Source of the DNA: Nitrospiraceae bacterium | GTDB lineage: Bacteria; Nitrospirota; Nitrospiria; Nitrospirales; Nitrospiraceae | Assembly: GCA_050246315.1 (NCBI GenBank) | Contig: JBFWWG010000002.1 | Span: 364,811 to 428,810 of the forward strand | Length of the DNA: 64,000 bases | Reading direction: 5' to 3' | Translations under genes and position numbers: made by a program | The notes under the pieces: generated by a model | What the model saw: only the letters and a program-made list of their open reading frames with translations | Told to the model about the DNA's origin: nothing | The model's database searches: none | In this document: piece by piece, positions 18,720-29,589 of the stretch | Numbering within the stretch: position 1 is the first letter of the stretch | Layout: every line of letters begins with the position of its first letter

Positions 18720-20978
18720 CTATCCCTCGTCCTCGTCATTGGCCCAGTGACCGTCATCTGGTTTTCCATCCCGTCGCCGCTTGATTGCCTTTTGGAATGC
18801 CTTCACCGCTCTCTTTTCCTTGTCGCTGAGGCCGTCGGGTGAGATTTCCGCCACTTTCCTTTCCAAAGTTCCCACGGGAACGAAATCTTCGATGTTCGTC
18901 AGATTGATCCGCCAGTGCTCCTGCGACACATAGTCCCCCATACCATGGGACGTAGACCGGTGAAGACATGCGGTGAGGAAAGAGAGGACGCCTTCCTTTG
19001 AGTCGATTAACTTTTCCACCCATTGACGAGGTTTTTCGTGTGAGGCCCATTTATCCCAGCAATAAAGGATGCTAAGCATGTTGCGATGGCTTGTCAGGAT
19101 TCCGGAGCCTGCGGCTTGCTCAATCTTTCCCACACAGATATGGTGCAGTGCGTCCAAATCAGCGTCAGTCACATTAAAAGCATCAGGGTCCTTCTTTCGC
19201 TTCTCTTCGTTACCTTCGAGGGAAGCGATTCTTATCGGAAGGTACAGACCCGTCGTGGCTTTCATGGCATCCTTCAGGATAGCCCCGCGTCTGCCTATGT
19301 CCATCTCCTGTTTCAAATACCAGTAAATGATGCGGGACGCATGCGTGTCTGGGGCAATTGAAAAGAAGCCACCTCGATCTTCTGGCAGTTCGTCGCCGAT
19401 ATCGAACAGCGCGGTGATAAACGATATGGCGTGTTGCAGGTCGATTTTCTGCTTGTAGGCTTCAAGACGGTCCAGTGCGACGCCTAACAGGCTACGCTTG
19501 TTAAGCGCACGGAATTCTCCGACTAGGCCTTCACGATTGCCAACGAGGGACAGTACCCGATCTAGCTCCGCTTGGGAAATGTCTCCCTCAGGAATTGCGA
19601 GATGGAAATACCGGTCGAACACATCGGGGTGGCAGAGACGCAGCTCCCTAAACCACTCCTCCTTAAAGTCATGGCCGTACATGGATCCGTTGAATACCCA
19701 TTCAACCGGCGGGAAGAGTTCTTTGACTATCTCGCGCACCTGGCCGGGTTGTGAGGCCGCTTCGACTATGAACTCAATGAGTTTTCTCGTTCGCTCGTTT
19801 TCGTCGTGCGAATCATGCGCTCGGTCGCGAAGGTTCGTCAGCTCTAAGTTAGCCTCGGGAAGCCTCTGGTAAACGGCTGGCTCAAAGACGCGGAGCACTT
19901 CCAGCGCGATAAGGTCCATTGGGTTCACTTCAAAGCTGCCCGTGCTCCGAAACAGCGAAACGTGAAAAGAGAGGGAGGCTAGATAGCGGTACACATCCCG
20001 TAGCGTTTGGAAGTAGGGGCGAAGGCCTCCAAGGAATAGGTTGCCCCAGCGCGTCTGGTCGAACCGCTTGCCCACATCCCCATCGGTTAGTAGTTCGTCG
20101 AGGCCCGCGAATAGGACTTTCTCCAGGCGTGTTCGCTCAATGCGTGGGATATCGAATCCCACCTGTACTATTTTCTCAAGGAATTCTTGTCCACTGACGG
20201 CTGGCGATGAATCCAAACTACGCTCCACGATGTCCCGTTGGAACAGAAGGAGATAGACCACGTTTGGAAAGTCAGCATTAGCCTTGACGAGTTGGAAGAG
20301 GAGTCGTATTTCTTCAGGTGTGAGGCGATCGATATCATCCAACACCACGAGGATTGGCCTTTCGAGTTCTTTCAGGGAGTCAGAAAGCTCTTTCTTTATC
20401 TCAGCCAAAGTCTGCTGTTGCACGACCGCTTGGTCCTCGACTCCTTTTGAGCCTTCTTGCGCCACGGTCGCAGATTGCTCCATCCCTTTGGCAAGCATGT
20501 CTGCGATTCCCGAACCGGGCAGTCCAAGTATTGGCAAGATGGTCTTAAGTGATTTGGCGAGAGAGGCGCCGAGGGTGAGGTAGGTTCCATAGGTTCGCCA
20601 CTTGGCCGCACGTCGTTTCCCGTCTTCGCTTCCGTCCGATCGGCCCAATACCAGACCGATTTCTTGAAAGAACGCCTCTGCCAGTTGATCTTGGCCTGAC
20701 CATTGCCATGGATTGAACTCAATGATCAGGGGACAGTTCGTCTCGGCCAAACGGAGCGTTTGCAGGACCAAGTTTTTTACCGAAGATTTCCCCGAGCCCC
20801 AAGGTCCATACATGGCAACGACCAGGCTCTCATTGCCCTGCCAGCCTTTGATGGCGGAGGCTAGGGATTTCGCAAACGGAGCACGGCCCAGGAGGTCTTC
20901 CTCAATATAGACGATAGGCCGATCGGCTGAGAATTGATGTTTCGTGCGCTGGCTCTTTTCGGGGTTATTCTCCATCAT
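18720..20978 (-). CDS. KAP-family P-loop NTPase
   Basis: DLLGR, Walker A GPWGSGKS, FNPW, Walker B VLDDIDRL and FLEKIVQ; start overlaps the MTase stop. Confidence 0.9.
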   Translation of the reverse strand: MMENNPEKSQRTKHQFSADRPIVYIEEDLLGRAPFAKSLASAIKGWQGNESLVVAMYGPWGSGKSSVKNLVLQTLRLAETNCPLIIEFNPWQWSGQDQLAEAFFQEIGLVLGRSDGSEDGKRRAAKWRTYGTYLTLGASLAKSLKTILPILGLPGSGIADMLAKGMEQSATVAQEGSKGVEDQAVVQQQTLAEIKKELSDSLKELERPILVVLDDIDRLTPEEIRLLFQLVKANADFPNVVYLLLFQRDIVERSLDSSPAVSGQEFLEKIVQVGFDIPRIERTRLEKVLFAGLDELLTDGDVGKRFDQTRWGNLFLGGLRPYFQTLRDVYRYLASLSFHVSLFRSTGSFEVNPMDLIALEVLRVFEPAVYQRLPEANLELTNLRDRAHDSHDENERTRKLIEFIVEAASQPGQVREIVKELFPPVEWVFNGSMYGHDFKEEWFRELRLCHPDVFDRYFHLAIPEGDISQAELDRVLSLVGNREGLVGEFRALNKRSLLGVALDRLEAYKQKIDLQHAISFITALFDIGDELPEDRGGFFSIAPDTHASRIIYWYLKQEMDIGRRGAILKDAMKATTGLYLPIRIASLEGNEEKRKKDPDAFNVTDADLDALHHICVGKIEQAAGSGILTSHRNMLSILYCWDKWASHEKPRQWVEKLIDSKEGVLSFLTACLHRSTSHGMGDYVSQEHWRINLTNIEDFVPVGTLERKVAEISPDGLSDKEKRAVKAFQKAIKRRRDGKPDDGHWANDEDEG

Positions 20979-23900
20979 CAGACCCAGCATCCTGACCCAT
21001 ACGGTACTTGCCGTCGTAGTTGATGATGAAGTCCAGTTCTTCATCCGTGAAGCCGTAGTGCTTCGCCAGCACGCGGTCTATCTCGTCGATGATGGGCTTT
21101 GATCTGTCGGGATAAAACTCATCATACTCAACTTGTCCCGATGCCTCGTAGTTATAAATGCGTCTTCGTGAATGCCGCTGGAGATCTTTCATCAGTTTGT
21201 TGAAGAGAGGTTCGAGATGTTTGAGCGCTGGTGAGTTCAGATCTCCGATGGGGAAGTTCTCTATATCTGGGCCAGCGATGTTTCTGCAATTTCCTTGGCT
21301 CGTAAACCAAAAGTAAAAGAGAGTGCTATTCAAAATGGCGCCAAGTCGCTTTGCGTGCTCTTCCCTCTTGAGATACAAGTCCTTAAGATGATCGGTTGAT
21401 CTCTCCTTAACGGCAGACTTAAAGTACGGTTCGAAGTCCATGGATCTAATCCAGAACACAGGACTTCTATGATACGTGACATGACCTGGCCCCGAATCGG
21501 AGAAATAAATGTTCATAGTAAGTTGTTTGCTGACGATCTTGCCAAGCACCTTGGCAGCCAACCTACTTCCGAGTTTTGCAAATCTTAAGAAACCATTTGG
21601 GAATCCACATTCTGAGTAAGCTATCTTTGCGAACAGGTAAGGTCTCTCGTCCGCATACCATCGCAAGTAATCAGTGGTCTGGACCTTTGCCGAACCTGTG
21701 TACTGCGGTCCGCCAATAACAATGCACAGGCGGTACTTTACTCCATTGAACATGACAGAAGGGTGAGCATCTCCACTATAGTAGGAAATGTGCAGTTGCC
21801 CGTATCGATTCCAAACGTAATCTTGGTAGGGCTCCATGCGATCAGTCGAGAAGCCGCTCAAGGGAACGATCATGCTGAAGCTTCCTGTATTCCTTAACAG
21901 AGCAGAACTGCGCTCCACACATGGCGGGTAAAGGTTGCCACAGTCTTTAGTTACGTAGCCAATAAGACTGTAGGTCGTAACTTTGTGCATCTCCACGTAG
22001 GGCGGATTGCCGATAATCACATCGAACCCCCCGCTTTTCATGATGCGGTAAAATTCTATGAACCAGTGGAAAGGCTTGTGGGAGGCAAGCCACTTCGCAT
22101 AGGAAGCGCGCTTTGAAGCCTCGACACCATACTCGTTGGCAAGATAGCGATTGAGTTCGTCCTCAAGCGTCTGGAGTCGCCTACGTAGCTCCTCCTTGGC
22201 CTCGGCGAAGTCTTTCGCCTCCATGCCGTGCTCAGTCTGCATCTCGTGGAACTTCTGAAACGCCCTGTCGGCAATCTCGGCGTTCTCTTCTATGGTCGGG
22301 AGGGATTGAAGGCGTACCCAGTCCCCTTCCATGGACTTCTTCAAATTTTCAAGACTGGCGTATCCAACCAACGTATTACCCGCACGGATATTAAAGTCGA
22401 TGTCCGGTAGCGGCTCGATCTGCTCCACCTTCTCGACTTGCGCCACAAGTTTGAGGAACAGACGGAGTTTGCAGATCTCGACGGCCTCTTCCATGATGTC
22501 CACGCCATAGAGATTGTTGAGGATGATGGACTTCAGGATGAAGTAACGACGGTTGGGATGACTCGTGACCCGATCAAGAATTTTCCGAAAGTCGTTGAAT
22601 TTCTCCGGGAGGTGCCTGGTGCCCGAGCGCGTGAGCTCGTCTAGGAACACTTCCATCCGGTCCAGGCAGGCTTCGTAGAGCGGTTCAAGGATATTGAGTG
22701 CAGCAAAGAGGAAGGCTCCAGAGCCGCAAGTCGGATCGAGCACCGTGACCTTTTCAATCGCATGGTAAAAGGCCCGCAGCAGTTCCGGACCTTCAGAATT
22801 TTCGATGACATCCTGCGCAAACTGCCTGATGTCGAGGTTGTAAGTAATGAAGTGGTTGACATCTCCAATTTCCCCGTCCGCGAGTTTTTTGCGCACCTCT
22901 AGGTATCGGGCACGGCGGGCGACGACTTCACGCCAAATTTCCGTTGGCAGGGAATAGTCTGAGGGCGCGGCTTTGTTCCATTCCGTCCGATTCGAGATAT
23001 CTTTCAGGCCGGATGCAATTTCAGGAGGGAGCTCGAGATCGACTCCCTTCTTCACCGGCTCATAGATGTAGCGGTCTGGGTCGAGCTGGAGCTGGCGCCA
23101 AACGGATTGATTGCCTTCGAAGGCGATCTTGCACTTCTGCCGCGCGGCATCGAAGAGGAACGGAATCACCGTGTTTTGGCTGATATAGCCGGTGATATCC
23201 TCCTTCGTATAATAGGCGCCCATCTGCTTCTGGTTGATGTACTTCTCAAAGATATAACCAAGCACGTCGGGATTGATTTCGTCATCCCGGCGGAGCGGGC
23301 GCTCATCGAGGTGCCAGTTGTACTGTTCGAAGAAGGCGAACAGTCTGGCAAACGCGGCATCGGCCACCTGAATGTCTTTGCCGTGCTGCTCTTCAATGTG
23401 ATGGCGTAGAAACAGACCTCCGTTGAGGTAAGGCACCTTGCCCAGCAATCGGTTCACGGTTGCTCCGCGATCGGTATCCTTTTTGGCGAAGCCTTCGAAG
23501 AACAGCGGACAGAGAAAGTCTCTATAGAATCGGTCCTTCCCTCGGGCCTGCGACTCGTTCAATTTGATCCGCAGGTAGTCTCGGTTGCCGTCGAGAAAGC
23601 CCTTTTTCTGAATGAAGTAGACGAACATCAGCCGGTTGAGCATGACGGAGGCGTACCATCGCAGCAGGTCATCATCTGGAATGCCTTTGAGAAACTTTAG
23701 GAACGCCGTGTGTTCCTTCTGAAACGTATCGTAGAACCGCTTCGTGACGCGCTCCACATCGAAGGCCGCTCGCGCCCGAGTGGTTACTTCCACCAGACTT
23801 AATTGTTCTTCCTCCTCCAGGGAAAAGGCGATGCCCTGGAGCTTTAGGATGAGGGCATCTCCTGGTTGATTGCGATGGTAGGTATGTTCCCGACAGGCCG

Positions 23901-24234
23901 TCGGTTTGCCCACCTCGCGCTTCACCCACTGCCATACTTGAGTGGAGTTGGATGGATCGGTGTAAATGATGAGATGTTCTTGAGCGGACTTGGTGAGCTG
24001 GCGGTCAATTTTGCGACGTGTCGGGTAGTCAGGAATTCCGTGCTGGCCAGTTGCAGGACAGTGGAACGCAACCATGCCGCGCTTCTGGGCGACAGCGGTC
24101 AGGGTGAGCGGCTGGCCGTCGATCGGTATCTCGATGGATGCAGTATGTGTGTCCCAACCGAGTTCTTCTATGAAAAGGCATCGAAAATCACAAGCGGCGA
24201 GGTGTTGGCGAGTTCGAGTAGGTTCGAGCGGCAT
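20965..24234 (-). CDS. Eco57I/type IIG-like N6-adenine DNA methyltransferase with a C-terminal target-recognition domain
   Basis: YLNGGLF, GAYYT, VLDPTCGSGAF, YGVDI and IGNPPY motifs; start moved to MPLEPT. Confidence 0.9.
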   Translation of the reverse strand: MPLEPTRTRQHLAACDFRCLFIEELGWDTHTASIEIPIDGQPLTLTAVAQKRGMVAFHCPATGQHGIPDYPTRRKIDRQLTKSAQEHLIIYTDPSNSTQVWQWVKREVGKPTACREHTYHRNQPGDALILKLQGIAFSLEEEEQLSLVEVTTRARAAFDVERVTKRFYDTFQKEHTAFLKFLKGIPDDDLLRWYASVMLNRLMFVYFIQKKGFLDGNRDYLRIKLNESQARGKDRFYRDFLCPLFFEGFAKKDTDRGATVNRLLGKVPYLNGGLFLRHHIEEQHGKDIQVADAAFARLFAFFEQYNWHLDERPLRRDDEINPDVLGYIFEKYINQKQMGAYYTKEDITGYISQNTVIPFLFDAARQKCKIAFEGNQSVWRQLQLDPDRYIYEPVKKGVDLELPPEIASGLKDISNRTEWNKAAPSDYSLPTEIWREVVARRARYLEVRKKLADGEIGDVNHFITYNLDIRQFAQDVIENSEGPELLRAFYHAIEKVTVLDPTCGSGAFLFAALNILEPLYEACLDRMEVFLDELTRSGTRHLPEKFNDFRKILDRVTSHPNRRYFILKSIILNNLYGVDIMEEAVEICKLRLFLKLVAQVEKVEQIEPLPDIDFNIRAGNTLVGYASLENLKKSMEGDWVRLQSLPTIEENAEIADRAFQKFHEMQTEHGMEAKDFAEAKEELRRRLQTLEDELNRYLANEYGVEASKRASYAKWLASHKPFHWFIEFYRIMKSGGFDVIIGNPPYVEMHKVTTYSLIGYVTKDCGNLYPPCVERSSALLRNTGSFSMIVPLSGFSTDRMEPYQDYVWNRYGQLHISYYSGDAHPSVMFNGVKYRLCIVIGGPQYTGSAKVQTTDYLRWYADERPYLFAKIAYSECGFPNGFLRFAKLGSRLAAKVLGKIVSKQLTMNIYFSDSGPGHVTYHRSPVFWIRSMDFEPYFKSAVKERSTDHLKDLYLKREEHAKRLGAILNSTLFYFWFTSQGNCRNIAGPDIENFPIGDLNSPALKHLEPLFNKLMKDLQRHSRRRIYNYEASGQVEYDEFYPDRSKPIIDEIDRVLAKHYGFTDEELDFIINYDGKYRMGQDAGSDDGE

Positions 24235-24244
24235 TGTTGGTTGG

Positions 24245-27200
24245 TTATTCGGGCGCTGATAGTCCCATGGAACAGATGATCCTAGGTTCCTGGGTCTGTT
24301 CTTCCTCATGAATTAGACAGAGCCGATCTTCTTCACGGAGCGCGATGACCAGTTCTGCCAGTGCCTCATCCGACACCCCGCTTCGGAGTTGGCGATTGAG
24401 CGTATCCACGGCGGCTTGGCGGAGTGGATAGCGGTAGATTTCATCGATGGCTTTCAGAAGTTCCAGGGACTCAAACAACGTGCCTTTGACATGCTCCGCA
24501 TGGCGCTTGAGTCGTTCATACGTGCGAAAACGTGCCCCTGAAGGCCGTCCTAATTGTCCCCCAACTGTTTTCTCTTCTGTGACTATCAACTCGACACCCT
24601 TCTGGACCAGTTCGTGATGGTTCGATTGGCGCGGTAGGGCTGGCGTGTCTGAGCTGCACGCCGCAGCCTGGAGGATGGCGAACTGAGACTCCGTGACGGC
24701 GGTACCGTTTTTGTCGATCCAGGCCAGCGCGTCGTTGCCTTCGGCTGTTCTCAGATACACCAGCACCCCGCCTGGTTGCTTGTTCGTCGGGTCATGCGCC
24801 CGCGTGGCATAAATTACGGGCGGCAGATCGGGGATGGTCTTTTGTAGGCTTGGATCGGCGGTAATCGCGTTCTTCCAGATTTGATAGGCATACGAGGCCA
24901 AATCCACTTCTGTATCGGCCTCTCCATCTAGAATGCCTGCTTTCTCATGGTAGAGATTGAGGATCGCATTATCGTTTCGATCATCCTCGAAGAAGGCCTC
25001 GTCGGTGCCGACCACTTCCGCATTTTCTTGAAGACGGCGCCTCACTCTGGCTCGGAGTCGTATGATGCGCTCGACGCCTTCGGCGGGCAAGAAAGAGTAG
25101 CAGAGGATGTTCTCAGCCTTCTGTCCGATACGGTCCACACGGCCTGCTCGTTGGACGAGGCGAATGATGGCCCAGGGGAGGTCGAAATTCACCACAATGG
25201 CCGCATCTTGCAGGTTTTGTCCCTCACTGAGCACGTCCGTGGCAATCAGGACTCGCAACTCCTCGCCCGGTTTCAGTCTGTCACGCTTATCGTTGCTATC
25301 CGGGCTGAACCGCCACGCCAAGGCTGTCGGGTTCGGAGAGTCTCCGGTTGCACCAGCCAAGGATGAAACTCCACGAGCCGCGAGCTGGGTCTCTAGGTAG
25401 CGGACGGTATCGGCAAATTGAGTAAAGATAAGGACTTTGTCATTCGGGTGTTTCTTCTTGAGCAAATTGACGAGGGCCTGAAGCTTGGCGTCTTTGTTCG
25501 AGTCCCATTCACCGCATAGTTGCAAGACCTTTAGGAGGGCCTCTGTATCGCTCCGCAAATCGTTCTCTAACGATTTCACAAATAGTCCTGACGGAAGCCA
25601 CTTAAATCGCCGCTTGTATTGACCAGCGTACTCCTCATAGATCTCGGCTCCTCGACTGATGAAGTCCTTGGCCTTTCGGAGCGACCCCGTGAGTGGTCGC
25701 TCTTGCTCTTGATCGTTCTCGTCGTCCTCAAATAATCCTGTCTTGGCTCCGGGGGCGTCGGCGTCTTCGTCGTATATGCGCGCATCGAGCATCTCGGCAT
25801 CTTGCGTGCCGATTGGGATGGGCTTCTTGTGTTCAATCGCATCAAGGTAAACGTGATTGCGGAGGATATGACGTTCGATTGATTGGAGAAAGGCCTGGCC
25901 GCTGCTTTCGAGACGCTTGAACAGATTCGTCCGACAGAACCCCATAAGGCGTTTCCCGGCACGAGATAGGTCTTGCAGCAATCTCGCTTCAGCTTGTGTA
26001 GGTGGTTCATGCGGCGTCGCCGCCACATAGTTCCCTAATCCGTACCGAGGGAGATTGAGGGCGTTGATGGTATTGACGATATCGTCGGCGTAGAGCCGCG
26101 CATATTGGTCTGCGGGGTTGGCATCGTCAATCTTAAAGGTCACTGTTCTTGGAACTCTGATGGGGAAGTAAGACCGGCTCCCATCCTCGAAGGTGAGAAA
26201 TCTCCGACCGCTGGTTGGGTCAGTCTGGGCATAGTTGTCCTGAATGAAACTGCGGGTGCGTCTTACCATGTAGAGGCGCATCAGTTCTCGCCAGTCGTCC
26301 GCATATTCGCTCTTCTCGAAAGCCGCCAGAGAGCGCACGGAACATTGATGGCGTCGAATAAACTCGGTTTCGGTGAGCTCGCGAATTAAGCGTTCGGGAC
26401 GAACACCGAGGTCTTTGTCTTCTTTGACGAAGAGACGTAACTGGTTGGAAAGGTCAAGATAGGTTTTGTTGTAGGGGGTGGCAGAAAGCAGAATGCACTT
26501 GCTCTCATTGGCTTGGATGTATTCTTGAATTGCCCGATAGCGCTTGCCTTCACGGTTGCGAAGGTTGTGGCTTTCGTCGATGAGCACGAGGCGGTAACGG
26601 CGCAGATTCGGCAGTTCCCCTACAACCTGGCTAATTGACAACACCTTCGCGAGTAACCGGTATTGTGCTCGATAATCCTCCCACATCGGGACCAAGTTCT
26701 TGGGACAGATGATGAGTGTCTCAAGCCCATGATCATCTTCGAAAATCCTTGCCAGGGCAGTGGCCATCAGAGTTTTCCCGAGACCCACCACATCGCCGAT
26801 CAACACGCCACCGCGCTTGTTCAGGTGATGAGCGGCAATCTTGACCGCCGCCGTTTGAAACTCGAATAGCCGCTTGCCAAAGTCTCGTGGTATTCGAAAT
26901 TCGGAAAGCCCCGCCCGTGCCTCTTGCGAAAGATGGTACGCCATCTTGATATAGATATGGTACGGAGGCACGAGTTCTTCCCGAGCCCAGCTCTCTTCGA
27001 TAAAACGGACGAGTTCTTCCGAAATATCCACACACCAACGGTCCGTCCACCGATCTTCGAACCACTTGGCCAACTTCTGGCAGGCGTCGTGATCCAGTAC
27101 GTCCACGTTCAGCTCGCCCTGCTTGGAAAGGCCCGCAAGCGTCAGATTGCTGCTTCCTAGGTACCCGACGGAGGGATTGATAGGATCGGGGCGAAAAAGC

Positions 27201-27631
27201 AAATACAACTTGGCATGTAGAGGATGCCGGAGGAACAGTTTGACTATAACCTTCTTGGATTTAATCTGTTCTGCCAGCTTGCGTAATCCCGCTTCGTCTT
27301 CGTTGGTAGGAATGCCAACGCTCAATTGCTCGCGGAACTCTTCGGCGAGCTTCTTCTTGAGGCGAATTGCCGTCTGATTGTCTATCTCGCCATCTCGGCT
27401 TATCAGGCTCAGAGCTTCCCGTAATTCGTCTTGCGGCAACCGCTGCATGCCGACCAATAAGCGGCAGCAGTGCCCGTCTCCTCCGGACCACTTCTCAATA
27501 TACGAGTCGAGCTGCTTCCATCCCCGAAGGTTGAAATACCCAACACAGAAGTCGGCACGGTCAGCAACTTGGATTGTTTCGCGCAGCGCTGGCAGGAGAG
27601 ATTGTTCGATGTTGTCAAAGATACGAGGCAT
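24245..27631 (-). CDS. PLD-nuclease / SNF2-like helicase fusion (restriction-type subunit)
   Basis: HAKLY...GSSNLT PLD motif; DVVGLGKT, IDESHN, LSATP, SEGQNLQ and QRAGRVDRIG helicase motifs. Confidence 0.9.
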   Translation of the reverse strand: MPRIFDNIEQSLLPALRETIQVADRADFCVGYFNLRGWKQLDSYIEKWSGGDGHCCRLLVGMQRLPQDELREALSLISRDGEIDNQTAIRLKKKLAEEFREQLSVGIPTNEDEAGLRKLAEQIKSKKVIVKLFLRHPLHAKLYLLFRPDPINPSVGYLGSSNLTLAGLSKQGELNVDVLDHDACQKLAKWFEDRWTDRWCVDISEELVRFIEESWAREELVPPYHIYIKMAYHLSQEARAGLSEFRIPRDFGKRLFEFQTAAVKIAAHHLNKRGGVLIGDVVGLGKTLMATALARIFEDDHGLETLIICPKNLVPMWEDYRAQYRLLAKVLSISQVVGELPNLRRYRLVLIDESHNLRNREGKRYRAIQEYIQANESKCILLSATPYNKTYLDLSNQLRLFVKEDKDLGVRPERLIRELTETEFIRRHQCSVRSLAAFEKSEYADDWRELMRLYMVRRTRSFIQDNYAQTDPTSGRRFLTFEDGSRSYFPIRVPRTVTFKIDDANPADQYARLYADDIVNTINALNLPRYGLGNYVAATPHEPPTQAEARLLQDLSRAGKRLMGFCRTNLFKRLESSGQAFLQSIERHILRNHVYLDAIEHKKPIPIGTQDAEMLDARIYDEDADAPGAKTGLFEDDENDQEQERPLTGSLRKAKDFISRGAEIYEEYAGQYKRRFKWLPSGLFVKSLENDLRSDTEALLKVLQLCGEWDSNKDAKLQALVNLLKKKHPNDKVLIFTQFADTVRYLETQLAARGVSSLAGATGDSPNPTALAWRFSPDSNDKRDRLKPGEELRVLIATDVLSEGQNLQDAAIVVNFDLPWAIIRLVQRAGRVDRIGQKAENILCYSFLPAEGVERIIRLRARVRRRLQENAEVVGTDEAFFEDDRNDNAILNLYHEKAGILDGEADTEVDLASYAYQIWKNAITADPSLQKTIPDLPPVIYATRAHDPTNKQPGGVLVYLRTAEGNDALAWIDKNGTAVTESQFAILQAAACSSDTPALPRQSNHHELVQKGVELIVTEEKTVGGQLGRPSGARFRTYERLKRHAEHVKGTLFESLELLKAIDEIYRYPLRQAAVDTLNRQLRSGVSDEALAELVIALREEDRLCLIHEEEQTQEPRIICSMGLSAPE

Positions 27632-28661
27632 CAGAAGTACTCATAACCGGTGCAAATCTGTCTCACAGTTTCAAATGTACCTACATACAAGGCCTGCCAG
27701 GCAGTTGAGCAGGTTGGGACAACTCCTTATCAGAAATAAGCTATGTGTGTGGACACATGGGAGCAGGCGGCTGTGCCGGCTAGCTCGCAAGAAACGTCCA
27801 TATATCGAGGCGAGAGTTTAGCGAATTACGCTGAAAAAGCCAATGAGAGCGGCCGGATAAGCTCTGCTTTTCGGGAAACAGTCTTGTGTTCGAGCCGCCA
27901 AGAATTTCGACAGCTCATCTTGGAGTACGCAGTGAGCACCCTTGCTTCATGGGCCCTTATCGACGAGCTTCTTCGGTTGGACCGCTTGCTGCAAGAACGC
28001 CGCTAACTCGCTGGGCACATCCCATCTATCCATCAAGGACATGATTATCCTCCTTGCTCCAGGAACTCAGTGAGCCTAGAATTTTGTTAGCATGTCCCCG
28101 GCTGATCTATACATCGCACTCTGGCTGCTTTCGCATTCTGCGGCAAGCGTGCCCTACAGTGGGTTCATCTGCTCTAACAGTTCCACCCCTCCCCTCTGCA
28201 CTCACCAGGTCTCTTCCGCAAGCCTTCCCTTGTTCAGCTCTTTGTACGACGGCGACTACCCTCTTCCTCCCACGCAGGGTTTTCCCGATTGGTTCTTCTC
28301 CTACCGAGACCGGACGGCACATCACGCTACCCCTCCCACGAGTTGCAGTGAATCATCCGAGCACGCCTTGGATGGCGGGACACCGTCCATCTTCACCTTC
28401 TACCCAGATCGGTCTCCGAGCCAGACCGGCTCAGACCTCGAAACCTGCCACGACAAGGTCTTCTAGCTACCTCCGTCTCGAACCACGGCCTGACCTCACG
28501 TTTCCCCCTCGGTAATTCACGAGTTCTGGGCTCACCCTGACGCACGACAATGTCCCCTCCCCGAGACCCTCTCCGAAATGGGGGAGGGAAAGGTTGGGGG
28601 GAGCGGGCCCGCGGCGGGCAGGGATCCGCTGAAATCGGTCTGTTCGAGGAGGTGAATCGCT

Positions 28662-29099
28662 ATGCAGGAGATCATCTGTGACCTGTGGGAATTGTACGAT
28701 CAAGGCTTCTTCATAGGGGTGCCTACGAACGGCGACTGTCGCCGGGATGGCCGTGCGGTCATGGGTGCGGGAGTGGCCTTGGCAGCTGCCAACCGATTCC
28801 CGAACCTGCCGATTCTCCTCGGAGCGAAGCTCCGTGCTTCTGGAAACCATGCCTACTACTGGCATGAGTGCCGGCTCGTGACATTGCCGACGAAGGAAAC
28901 ATGGACGCAACCCTCGAATCTCGGCCTCATTGAGCGGACCGCCCGAGAAGCCGTCCACCTCGCCGATCATAACCGACTCACCACGATCTACTGCCCCCGA
29001 CTGGGCTGTGGACTCGGCGGCCTCGCGTGGAAAGACGTCGCCTCCGTCCTGGCCAGCTTGTGGGATGGCCGCTTCATCATTGTCCACCCGGCTGCATAA
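28662..29099 (+). CDS. Macrodomain (ADP-ribose binding or hydrolase) protein
   Basis: VPTN..VMGAGVA, LPTKETW and PRLGCGLGGLAW motifs; GAGGAGGT RBS. Confidence 0.85.
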   Translation: MQEIICDLWELYDQGFFIGVPTNGDCRRDGRAVMGAGVALAAANRFPNLPILLGAKLRASGNHAYYWHECRLVTLPTKETWTQPSNLGLIERTAREAVHLADHNRLTTIYCPRLGCGLGGLAWKDVASVLASLWDGRFIIVHPAA

Positions 29100-29230
29100 C
29101 GCTATCCCCAGCATCCCCGAAAACTCACCACATCGCGATCCAACGGTCAGTAGTACCCAGAATGAGCACCGACAATGCGCAAGGGGGGCACCGTGCACGT
29201 CCGTCAGATGAGGAGGACGAAGAGACGGCC

Positions 29231-29512
29231 ATGAATCCGCTGAAAGTCATCGAGCAACGCTGTCCCGATCGCCCGCTATGGGACCCTATTCTTAAGGTCA
29301 TGCCCGAGAAGAGCGTCGCGCAATTCATGTTCATGGGAGAGGTGCTATGCGAGAGTGGAACCCGCATCTTTCTGTACAAGCACATCTGGAGCCGGCGCTA
29401 TATCAATCTGGATCAGCAAGGACAGGCCTACCAGTTCCACGCTTCTGAGCAGGGCTCCCACTACGTCCCCGTCGAGCTTTCTGGCGCCATCCGTCGCGCC
29501 TCAACCTTTTAG
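29231..29512 (+). CDS. Small hypothetical protein
   Basis: GAGGAGG upstream; globular composition (FMFMG..LYKH..RRYINLD). Confidence 0.6.
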   Translation: MNPLKVIEQRCPDRPLWDPILKVMPEKSVAQFMFMGEVLCESGTRIFLYKHIWSRRYINLDQQGQAYQFHASEQGSHYVPVELSGAIRRASTF

Positions 29513-29589
29513 ATCAGCCGCAAGCGAGCGCGATGCAGATGATGTGACTTCATTCCTCACGTAGACCACCCGACAAGCCACAGTCTCCC

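Noticed and set aside
20965..27631. Calling the helicase/MTase block DISARM or BREX
   Set aside because: No DrmA/DrmB (DUF1998), PglZ or BrxC gene is visible.
27743..28515. ORFs 27743-28006, 28054-28515 and 28092-28466
   Set aside because: Low-complexity S/P/L-rich translations with no RBS or motifs; probably non-coding.
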